64,000 nucleotides of DNA from Chthoniobacterales bacterium (GTDB lineage: Bacteria; Verrucomicrobiota; Verrucomicrobiia; Chthoniobacterales; Chthoniobacteraceae). Of this stretch, positions 49,478 through 57,653 are shown one piece after another. The position numbers were made by a program, and so were the translations under genes. Each line of letters opens with the position of its first letter. Position 1 is the stretch's first letter. Below the pieces are notes generated by a model that was given only the letters and a program-made list of their open reading frames with translations, was not told the origin of the DNA and made no database searches. The stretch covers positions 19,427 through 83,426 of the forward strand of contig JBBQZX010000027.1 in NCBI GenBank assembly GCA_038207335.1, given 5' to 3'.

Positions 49478-50986
49478 ATGAAACGCGTTTTCGGCATCGA
49501 GACGGAATACGGGATCACGGTCGATGGGATGGAGCAGCTCGACGTGGTGCGCGAATCGATCGAGATCGTGCGCAGCTACACGATGCACGGGGCTTCGATG
49601 AAGTGGGATTACAACCTCGAAGATCCGCATCAGGACGCGCGGGGATTTCGCGCGAAGGAGCTGCTGCAGGACACGGACGAGGCGGCGTATTTCGAGCTGG
49701 ATCGCGATCGCCCGCTGTCGTTTGAGGAGATCAAGAGCGATCTCGTGCTCTCGAATGGCGCGCGCTTTTACAACGATCACGCGCACCCGGAATACTCGAC
49801 GCCGGAGTGCTCCACGCTGCGCGAAATCGTGGCGCAGGATCAGGCGGGCGAGCGCATTCTCAGCGAGTGCGCGCGGCGGAGGAATGCGACCCTGCCGGAG
49901 GGGTGCGAGGCGAGGCTTTACAAAAACAACACGGATTTCGTGGGCCACAGCTACGGGTGCCATGACAACTATTTAATGCGGCGGGATGTGCCGTGGGATC
50001 GGCTGGTGCGAGATGTCGTGCCGTTCCTCGTGACGCGCCAAGTCTTTGCGGGAGCGGGAAAGATGGGGGTGGAGGGCGAGGACTCGGCGGGGCAGCAGGG
50101 GGTTTTTCAGATCGCGCAACGGTCGGATTTTTTCAGCGTGCTCTGCTCGATCGATACGATGAATCGCCGCCCGCTGGTCAACACGCGCGATGAGCCGCAC
50201 GCGGACGCGGAGCTTTACCGGCGCTTCCACGTCATCATCGGCGACGCGAACATGAGCCAGTTCGCGACCGCGCTGAAGATCGGCACGACGGCGCTCGTGC
50301 TGGAGCTCATCGAGAAAAATCACGCGCCGCAGCTCGACCTTGCCGACCCGATCCAGGCGACGAAAGCGATCAGCCGCGACGAGAGCTTTTCGTGGATCAT
50401 CGAGCTGCGCGATGGGCGGAAAATCTCGGCGCTCGATGTGCAGCGGCTCTACCTCGCGGCGGCGCGCGCGCATTGTGACGCGGACGACGATAGCGCGTGG
50501 GTGCTGCGCGAATGGGAGCGGGTGGTGAACGATCTCGCGCTCGATCCGATGCGCTGCGGCGACCGGCTCGACTGGGTCGCGAAGCGATTTTTGCTCCAGA
50601 CTTTGCAGGAGGCCGAGCAGCTCGGGTGGAGCGATCCGTGGCTGCAGGCGATCGACCTCGAGTATCACAACGTCTCGATGGAGGATGGCCTCTTCTACGA
50701 ACTCATGCGCGAGGGGAAGATGTGCCGCGTCGTGACGGAGGAGGAAATCAAGGCCGCGATCTTCCACCCGCCGCCGACCACGCGCGCCTTCTTCCGGGGG
50801 CGCGCGGTTGCGAAGTTCCACCACGAGATCACTTCGATGCAGTGGGACGGGCTGACGCTGAATCACGCGGGGATCAGCGTTCCCGTGGAATTGCCCCATC
50901 CCGCATTCGACGCCGATCTCGTTCGTAAGAACGACGCGATCCGCGACGCGCGCTCCCTCGCCGACCTCATTGCGCGGCTCGGCTGA
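49478..50986 (+). CDS. dop: Pup/UBact deamidase-depupylase Dop (PafA2 family)
   Basis: GIETEYG, Dop-loop WDY..EDP..DARGF, NGARFYNDHAHPEYSTPEC (Dop-type rather than PafA DVGSHPEYAT), KNN, SYGCHDNYL, NTRDEPHAD, HVIIGDANM, IDLEYH. Confidence 0.92.
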   Translation: MKRVFGIETEYGITVDGMEQLDVVRESIEIVRSYTMHGASMKWDYNLEDPHQDARGFRAKELLQDTDEAAYFELDRDRPLSFEEIKSDLVLSNGARFYNDHAHPEYSTPECSTLREIVAQDQAGERILSECARRRNATLPEGCEARLYKNNTDFVGHSYGCHDNYLMRRDVPWDRLVRDVVPFLVTRQVFAGAGKMGVEGEDSAGQQGVFQIAQRSDFFSVLCSIDTMNRRPLVNTRDEPHADAELYRRFHVIIGDANMSQFATALKIGTTALVLELIEKNHAPQLDLADPIQATKAISRDESFSWIIELRDGRKISALDVQRLYLAAARAHCDADDDSAWVLREWERVVNDLALDPMRCGDRLDWVAKRFLLQTLQEAEQLGWSDPWLQAIDLEYHNVSMEDGLFYELMREGKMCRVVTEEEIKAAIFHPPPTTRAFFRGRAVAKFHHEITSMQWDGLTLNHAGISVPVELPHPAFDADLVRKNDAIRDARSLADLIARLG

Positions 50987-51410
50987 CTGCGCGTGAGGCC
51001 GTGCTCATCACCGCTAGGCTGAGCCCCACCTCACCCCCTCGCAGCATAGCGCGCCTCCAGAGGAAGGGAGCGCTCTGGGAGCAAAAGAGAGCGATATTTA
51101 GAAGCGGGCGACCCCTCCGACAGCGGAAATCTCCCTTCTCCGCCGCGAACGACCCCTCTCCCATCAACGCCGCACCCATTGCCCGCCAGTCCGCGCGCTT
51201 CACTGCGGCGCGCGAAAGCGTATTCGAAACACCGGACACCGTGATGGGGAGAGACGCGTGCATTTTTACCGCCGAAAATCGCAAACTACCGCCGGACAAG
51301 TATCCCCGAGCCACAGCCGATGAAGATTTTGACCATCCTCACGCCGCCGAACTCAAAAACGCACCCCCACCCAAAAGAACCGCACACCCGTCGCAAGCAC
51401 ATTTTTGGCG

Positions 51411-51460
51411 GTAGGGCGGCGATCTTCGCCGCTTGGGGCCGGGCGGCCAGGATGGCCTAC
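51411..51460. repeat. Degenerate GTAG-family REP
   Basis: GTAGGGCGGCGATCTTCGCCGC...GGCGGCCAGGATGGCCTAC. Confidence 0.55.
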
Positions 51461-51482
51461 AAACTCCCCATGCACTCCGGCG

Positions 51483-53555
51483 CTAGGCGGGGGTGAGGGC
51501 GTTGCGGAGCATGCTGAGGACTTTCGCGGCGAGGTAGGGCTTGGGGAGGTAGTTCACGCCGTCCTCGAGGTGGATGTCGCTGTCGAAGAGCTCGGCGCTG
51601 TAGCCGCTGGTGTAGATGACTTTGAGGTCGGGGCGGTCGGCGAGGAGCATGCCGGCGAGCTCGAGGCCGCTGACGCCGGGCATGACGATGTCGGTGAGCA
51701 GGAGGTCGATGTTTTCATGCTGCTCGCCCCAGACTTCGAGGGCGTGGGCGCTGTGCTTGGCCTCGAGGACTGTGTATCCGCCGGAGCGGAGGATTTCTTT
51801 GACGAGGTTGCGCACTGATTCGTCGTCTTCGACGATGAAGATGGTGTGGCCGTCGTGAGTGTCGGTGGGTTCGGGCCAACTGGGTGCCGGGGGCTCGGGC
51901 TCGGCGGCGGTGACGGGGAGGCAGACGCGGAAGGTGGAGCCGCGCCCGATGGCGGAGCGGACTTCGATCCAGCCATCGTGCTGCTGGACGATGCCGAAGA
52001 CGGTGGCGAGGCCCATGCCGGTGCCTTTATCGACGGCTTTGGTGGTGAAAAAGGGCTCGAAGATGCGGACGCGGGTGGCGGCGTCCATGCCGGTGCCGGT
52101 GTCGTTGACGGCGAGCCATGCGAAGTGGCCGGGCCGGGCGTCGATGGAGGTGATGGAGTCGCCAGGCTTGATGGTGATGGTGCCGGTGGTGATGGTGATG
52201 GTGCCGCCGGTGGGCATAGCGTCGCGCGCGTTGAGGGCGAGATTCATGAGGACCTGCTCGAGGCAGGTCTGGTCGGCGAGGACGCGGGGGATGGAGTCGC
52301 ACGGGAGGCAGCGCAGATCGACTCTTTCGCCGATGAGGCGGCGGAGCATGGCGCTGAGGCCGACGATGACGGTGTTCATGTCGAGCGGGCGCGGGCGCAT
52401 GATCTGTCGGCGGCTGAAGGCGAGGAGCTGCCGGGTGACTTCGGCGGCGCGCTCGGCGGCCTCCTCGATTTGCTGGAGGGATTCGCCGATGTCTTTGCCC
52501 ATGCCGCCGCTGGCGAGCTGGAGGCTGGCGTGGCCCTGGATAACGGTGAGGAGGTTGTTGAAGTCGTGGGCGACGCCGGCGGCGAGCTGGCCGATGGCTT
52601 CCATTTTTTGGGACTGCCGGAGGCTGGCCTCGAGGATGAGCCGGTCGGTGACGTCCTGGGCGATGAGGAGGACATGGGGCCGGTCGTCCACGGTGATTTG
52701 CTCGAGGGAGATGAGGACGTCGCGCAGTGCGCCGTCGCGGCTGGTGAATTGCGCGGGGTCGTTGATGACGGCGGATCCGACTTTGAGGGCGGCGAGGATG
52801 CGGGGTTCGTATTCGGCGCAGAGTTTCAGCTCGGGGATGGTGCGGCCGACGAGGTCGTCGTGTTCGTAGCCGACGGTGCGGACGAATGCTTCGTTCACGT
52901 CGATGAAGCGGAGCGCGGCCAGGTCGTGGATGGCCATGGGGATGGGGCTGGCGCAAAAGGCTTTGACGAAGCACTCGTCGGAGCGGCGCAGATCGGCGAG
53001 CGCGCGCTCGAGTTCGCGGGTGCGAGCGCGCACCATTTTCTCGAGCGTGTCGTACCGCAGGCCGGCTTGCTGAGTCATGTCCCACTTGCGGGTGAGTGCG
53101 TGCGCGAGTTGGAGGACTTCGATGTTGTCGAAGGGCTTTTTGAGGATGACGAGGTTGTCGTTGAGCCCGAGGCGGCTCGTCATTTTCTCCCACGAATAAT
53201 CCGAGTAGGCGGTGCAGACGACGATCTGCAGCGCGGGATCGACGCGCCAGAGCTGCTCGATCGTCTCGACGCCGTCCCAACCCGGCGGCATCCGCACATC
53301 GACAAATGCGAGGGCAAAGGGGCGACCGTTTGTGAGTGACTTGACGACTTTCTGGAGGGCTTCTTTTCCCTGAAAGGCGGACTCGAGCTGAAACTCGGAC
53401 TTCAGGGGCGCGTGCGCGGGTTCTCCGAAAAGAACGGCCTCCGCGGCGTCGATCGACTGTGGCGTGCCGGAAGTCGCGAGGATCTTTTTGAAGTCGTCGT
53501 GGATCGCCGGGTTGTCGTCGATCAGGAGGACTCGGAGATTTCGGTCTGGCGTCAT
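51483..53555 (-). CDS. Hybrid kinase REC-PAS-HK-REC
   Basis: N-terminal IDDN..DVRMPPGWDG..KKPFD receiver, PAS (FIDVNEAF), [19 protein letters not shown]-terminal DIVMP..KPY. Confidence 0.92.
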   Translation of the reverse strand: MTPDRNLRVLLIDDNPAIHDDFKKILATSGTPQSIDAAEAVLFGEPAHAPLKSEFQLESAFQGKEALQKVVKSLTNGRPFALAFVDVRMPPGWDGVETIEQLWRVDPALQIVVCTAYSDYSWEKMTSRLGLNDNLVILKKPFDNIEVLQLAHALTRKWDMTQQAGLRYDTLEKMVRARTRELERALADLRRSDECFVKAFCASPIPMAIHDLAALRFIDVNEAFVRTVGYEHDDLVGRTIPELKLCAEYEPRILAALKVGSAVINDPAQFTSRDGALRDVLISLEQITVDDRPHVLLIAQDVTDRLILEASLRQSQKMEAIGQLAAGVAHDFNNLLTVIQGHASLQLASGGMGKDIGESLQQIEEAAERAAEVTRQLLAFSRRQIMRPRPLDMNTVIVGLSAMLRRLIGERVDLRCLPCDSIPRVLADQTCLEQVLMNLALNARDAMPTGGTITITTGTITIKPGDSITSIDARPGHFAWLAVNDTGTGMDAATRVRIFEPFFTTKAVDKGTGMGLATVFGIVQQHDGWIEVRSAIGRGSTFRVCLPVTAAEPEPPAPSWPEPTDTHDGHTIFIVEDDESVRNLVKEILRSGGYTVLEAKHSAHALEVWGEQHENIDLLLTDIVMPGVSGLELAGMLLADRPDLKVIYTSGYSAELFDSDIHLEDGVNYLPKPYLAAKVLSMLRNALTPA

Positions 53556-53558
53556 TTT

Positions 53559-55157
53559 TCAGGCGTCGGCGGGAAGCGGGAGAGTGAGTGTGAAAGTGGC
53601 GCCGTGACCGAGTCCGAGACTCTGAGCGGTGAGGCGCCCTCCCATCTGCTGAGCAGCAAGCGCGCCGCTATGGAGGCCAAAGCCGTGCCCATTTTTGCGC
53701 GTGGTGAAGCCGTGCATGAAGACCTTCGTTAGATTGTCCTCGGTGATGCCGACGCCGTTGTCGGCAATCGCGATTTCGATCGCGGGCTCGTCGGTTTTGC
53801 GCAGGGAAATGGTGAGGCGCTTCTCGGAGGGGTCGGCTTCGTCGAGCGCGTATTTCGCGTTGCGCATGATGTTGATGAGGATCTGCAAGACCTTGTGCTG
53901 ATCGACGGGGACGGGCGGGACGGGCTCGTAGTCGCGCCGCAGCGTGACGCCGTGCCGGTCGAATGCGCCGGAATTCATCTGCACTGCGTCATCGATGAGC
54001 GTGGCGAGGTCGAGGATCTCGATGACGCCTGAGACGCTGGCATAGCTCTGCTGCATGGAGACGATTTCCTTGATGTGCTCGATGTTGCGGGCGAGCAGCG
54101 TGAGTTCCTCCTGCGCGCCGAGACGCTCATTTGAGAGGTGGTGAGCGGCGTCCACGAGGTATCCGGGGAGGAGCTTGCCTTTCGGGTCGTGCGTGAGGAA
54201 TTCGGCGAGGGAGCCGTTGTGTTCGAGCAGAAGGCGCGCGGCCTTTTCGAGCTTTTCGGTTCGCGCGATGCCGAGCTTTTCGGAAATGAGTGTGGCGGAG
54301 ACATTCACGCTGTTGAGGACGTTGCCGACATTGTGCAGAACGCCGGTCGCGACCTCGGCCATGCCGGCGTGGCGCGAGGCATCCATAAGCTGTTGATCGA
54401 CGCGCTGAAGCTCCTGCTCGGCGCGCACGCGTTCGGCGATTTCGTGCCGCAGCGAGAGGTCGCGGCTCTCGATCTGGTTGAGCATGTGGTTGAACGAATC
54501 GGCAAATTCGCCGATCTCGTCCTCGGCGGATTTGCGCGCACGGAGCGAATAATCGCCTCGCGAGGCAATGCCTCTCGCGGTCTCCGCGAGATTGTGGATC
54601 GGCTCCGAGATGAAGCGCTCGAGCTTTACGGAAACGAGCGCGGCGACGAGAACCGAGGTGCCGAGGACCGAGATCAGGATGCCCGCATAGAGCCCGTGGA
54701 GCCGGAGTGAATCGGCACGATAATCGGAAACCAAATAGAGCGATCCGACGCGGTCCGGGCCGTCGGTGATCGCGCGCACGTAAACGAGTTCGCCGTCGAA
54801 CTGGGAGAACTCGTCGGGAAGGTCAGTGTGCGTGAGCATTGGCGGGACGCTGCCAAATTCGCCGTATGCCGTTTTGCTGTCCGGCACGCGCACGAATGCC
54901 CCGGTAACGTGCGGCTTCGCTTTCAGCGCTGCGAGGATGTCACCCGTCGATTCCGGGAGTCCTGCGGTGATCGCTCCCGTGCTCATCTCCGCGAGAATCT
55001 GCGCCACTGCCGCGAGATCGCGGCGGTAGTCGCGTTTATAAAAGTGGAACTGGAGCGCGAAGAGCGCCACCGACGCGACCGTGAGCGCAGCCATGCACGT
55101 CGCGAGGATGACGAGCCGCAGCTTGCGCCGAAATGGAATCTGGCTAAACGCGTTCAT
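53559..55157 (-). CDS. Membrane histidine kinase (CHASE8-like sensor, HAMP, HK)
   Basis: Two TMs, HAMP (PIHNL..DEIGEF..SFNHML), H-box ATGVLHNVGNVLNSVN, HGFTTRKNGHGFGLH. Confidence 0.9.
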   Translation of the reverse strand: MNAFSQIPFRRKLRLVILATCMAALTVASVALFALQFHFYKRDYRRDLAAVAQILAEMSTGAITAGLPESTGDILAALKAKPHVTGAFVRVPDSKTAYGEFGSVPPMLTHTDLPDEFSQFDGELVYVRAITDGPDRVGSLYLVSDYRADSLRLHGLYAGILISVLGTSVLVAALVSVKLERFISEPIHNLAETARGIASRGDYSLRARKSAEDEIGEFADSFNHMLNQIESRDLSLRHEIAERVRAEQELQRVDQQLMDASRHAGMAEVATGVLHNVGNVLNSVNVSATLISEKLGIARTEKLEKAARLLLEHNGSLAEFLTHDPKGKLLPGYLVDAAHHLSNERLGAQEELTLLARNIEHIKEIVSMQQSYASVSGVIEILDLATLIDDAVQMNSGAFDRHGVTLRRDYEPVPPVPVDQHKVLQILINIMRNAKYALDEADPSEKRLTISLRKTDEPAIEIAIADNGVGITEDNLTKVFMHGFTTRKNGHGFGLHSGALAAQQMGGRLTAQSLGLGHGATFTLTLPLPADA

Positions 55158-55159
55158 CC

Positions 55160-55738
55160 TCAACGTGCAGCGGTAAAGTGCGGGCTGGTGGGGTTGTAAT
55201 CAGTCGGCAGCGCATATTGCAGCAGCTTGCCGCTGATCGTGAGCCGCTCGCGCTTCGCGGCTTCCCCGTGAATCTGGTATCGCATCACCCCGGCGACCTC
55301 GACAAAATTGATCACACCGCCGGCTTTCAAAAAGTTATCCGATTCGCCGACCGTGAGTACGGATTCACGGCGCACCTCCCCGAGGATTGGGCCGAGCTTG
55401 TCCCTCTCCGATCGGCTCACAAAGAGCAGGTGGCAGCCGGCCAATTCCTCGCGACGCGTGAAGCGCTTGATCACGACCGGGCGGTCCTGGTAGCGGCGGT
55501 CCTGGATCGCCTCGCGCAAGAAATCCGAGATCGAATCGGTGCCATAGATGCCGATGACAATCGGTGATCCGGGCTCTTGAAAGCGGCGTGCGGGCCACGA
55601 AACCGAGCGCAGGAATGTGCAGATCAACGCGGATTTCCGCTGATACTCCCCGGGCTCCTGCGCACTCGCCGGCATACTCGAGACGAGCAGGAGCAGCGCA
55701 AGCAGGAGTGTCTGAGCGGAGCGGGGAGGGTGGCTCAT
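55160..55738 (-). CDS. YfiR (DUF4154) family periplasmic regulator
   Basis: Signal peptide; EYQ.KSA.I..F...WP, CHLLFVS, VLTVGE..F...GGVINF, L.IS.KLL. Confidence 0.88.
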   Translation of the reverse strand: MSHPPRSAQTLLLALLLLVSSMPASAQEPGEYQRKSALICTFLRSVSWPARRFQEPGSPIVIGIYGTDSISDFLREAIQDRRYQDRPVVIKRFTRREELAGCHLLFVSRSERDKLGPILGEVRRESVLTVGESDNFLKAGGVINFVEVAGVMRYQIHGEAAKRERLTISGKLLQYALPTDYNPTSPHFTAAR

Positions 55739-55804
55739 TTCGCTGACGTTGAAATGGGAACGGAAAAAAAGCCAATGAATGCGGACGCGCCTTACGAAAA
55801 TCCG

Positions 55805-57079
55805 TCAGCGTCCGGCGACTTGCGGCAGGTGCCAGTAGTTGGGCAGACCCTGCTTCGTCGCGATGAGGATTTCCAAGATCGCGCGCCGGTCGGCGGGAGT
55901 GAGGCGCGCAAATTCGGGCGTGGTTTCGTCACCGTTGAGGATGCCCCAGAGTCGTTTGTAAATGTGGTCTTTTATCGGACTTGGCATCCGGTCGAATGAC
56001 TCGCTGTAGATAAGAAAGCTACAAGGGTATTTGAAAAGGCGCGTCTTGAGGTCGAAGTCGCGCAGCGAGCGCCCGAGCGGATCTCGGGGGCCGCGCGCGC
56101 CGAAATCTCGCACGAATTTTTCGGAGCCGCCGATCGGCTCGGTGAGCCGAGCTTCCTCGACGAAAAGGAGGCATCTCAGGAATGCATCGGTCTGCTTTTC
56201 GAGATAACGGATATGGCCGTAGGTCGCCATCATCGACTGCGTCTCAAAGCTCAGACGCGTGATGTAGTTGTGCATGTGCGTCTGATGGTCGAGCACAAGA
56301 TGGGCGACGATGTCGCTGGTTGGCTCGAGATAATCTTTTGTCGAAACGAACGCTGAAAGATCTGTGAGATTTCCGGCGTGGTTCGGCTCGCTGAGCTGTT
56401 TGGTAAAGGCTTCCGGGCCGATGAGGTTCCCGCGATGTGTCTGCCAGCCGTGCTGCCCGGTGACATACCATCCCGCCCAGCGGTCGGCGAGCGGGGTGCA
56501 TTGCGTGATGTCGGAGACCTCGGAAAGCGCATCGATTTCCCCCTGCGAATCCGTGCCGATCGAGCGCACGACATGGCCCGGCACCCCCATCGAGCGCGGC
56601 CCGCCGTGGCACTGGAGACAATCGGCGTTGCGCTGGAATTTCGGGTGGTAAGCTGCGGTCTGCTCGAGGTCGTAAAACATGCCGCCATTCCGAGGATCGA
56701 CCGCGCTGACTTCGAGGAATGGTGCGCCGGGGATGTATCCGACGTAAACGTCGTCGTTGAAATAGATCGCGCGCGGCGTGCTCGGCGAGATGAGGCGGCG
56801 CTGGAGCGACGTTTTCGAAAATACGAGAAGCTGCGACGACGACGGGATCTCAAGCGCGCGAAGCAGCGCGGGGAGATAACCGTGATCGGCGTCCCATTTC
56901 AGCCGCGTCTCGTCGGAGTCGATCCGCTTTTGGAGGCGCGCGACGGGGTCGTCACCGCTATTTTTGCTGTAAGAGATCGGATCGTCGTCATACTCGAGCT
57001 TGTGCGAGGAGCCTTGGAAATCCTCGCCGAAAGCCGAGGTGGCAAAAATCAGGAGTGCGAAAATGGAGAAGCGCGACAT
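55805..57079 (-). CDS. Exported protein with a single CxxCH heme-c motif, unknown function
   Basis: Signal peptide MSRFSIFALLIFATSAFG; SQLLVFSKTSLQ, PRAIYFNDDVYVG, CLQCH, RWAGWYVTG, GRSLRDFDL. Confidence 0.8.
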   Translation of the reverse strand: MSRFSIFALLIFATSAFGEDFQGSSHKLEYDDDPISYSKNSGDDPVARLQKRIDSDETRLKWDADHGYLPALLRALEIPSSSQLLVFSKTSLQRRLISPSTPRAIYFNDDVYVGYIPGAPFLEVSAVDPRNGGMFYDLEQTAAYHPKFQRNADCLQCHGGPRSMGVPGHVVRSIGTDSQGEIDALSEVSDITQCTPLADRWAGWYVTGQHGWQTHRGNLIGPEAFTKQLSEPNHAGNLTDLSAFVSTKDYLEPTSDIVAHLVLDHQTHMHNYITRLSFETQSMMATYGHIRYLEKQTDAFLRCLLFVEEARLTEPIGGSEKFVRDFGARGPRDPLGRSLRDFDLKTRLFKYPCSFLIYSESFDRMPSPIKDHIYKRLWGILNGDETTPEFARLTPADRRAILEILIATKQGLPNYWHLPQVAGR

Positions 57080-57172
57080 CAGGGGAAATGCGGGCGCGCA
57101 CCCTAGCTCAATTCCGCGCCTTGGCAAAGCGAGCAGCCTTGTGACGCGCGCGAGCGCGGCGTAGATACATGC

Positions 57173-57649
57173 ATGGGCAACGTCGTTTCACGCAATCTTC
57201 TCTCCACTGGGACGCCGGTGACACCCGCCGCAGTGACCAAGAACGTGCTCAAACTCGCGCGGCAGATTTCGCCGAACGGCACTCCCGACTACTTGAAAAT
57301 CGAACTGGCCGAACCGATCGAGTCGTTTTCCCCGGAGGCGTGTTTCAAAAAGGTGGCCACCGCGGTGAAGGCGCAAGGCGGCTCAATTCAATACGGGTGG
57401 CTGATCCGCGAGCAAGCGGGTGTTTTCGTCGAGGGTGAATTTCACGCCGTTTGGCGTCGCCCGGACGGCTCGCTCATCGGCCTTGTGCCGACGTTGAATG
57501 GTGAACTCGACGTGCTCTTTCTACCCGATGCGAAACGCGTGTGGGACGGTGGCGAGGTCGAGCATCGGCGGATGCTGCTCCATGAAAAACCGTGCTACTG
57601 CGGCACCGGGCTGCCTTTCCACATGTGCCACGGCATCGCGGACGATTAG
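57173..57649 (+). CDS. SEC-C motif protein
   Basis: C-terminal PCYCGTGLPFHMCHG; N-terminal CF..V...GG..QYGW..EFHAVW..PDG. Confidence 0.8.
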   Translation: MGNVVSRNLLSTGTPVTPAAVTKNVLKLARQISPNGTPDYLKIELAEPIESFSPEACFKKVATAVKAQGGSIQYGWLIREQAGVFVEGEFHAVWRRPDGSLIGLVPTLNGELDVLFLPDAKRVWDGGEVEHRRMLLHEKPCYCGTGLPFHMCHGIADD

Positions 57650-57653
57650 TCGT

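Noticed and set aside
49478..50986. Annotation as the Pup ligase PafA
   Set aside because: DHAHPEYS and the WDY..E.P..DARGF loop are Dop signatures
51320..51496. 58-aa ORF after dop as a Pup/UBact tag
   Set aside because: Basic rather than acidic, ends ARRG rather than G[EQ], and runs through a REP
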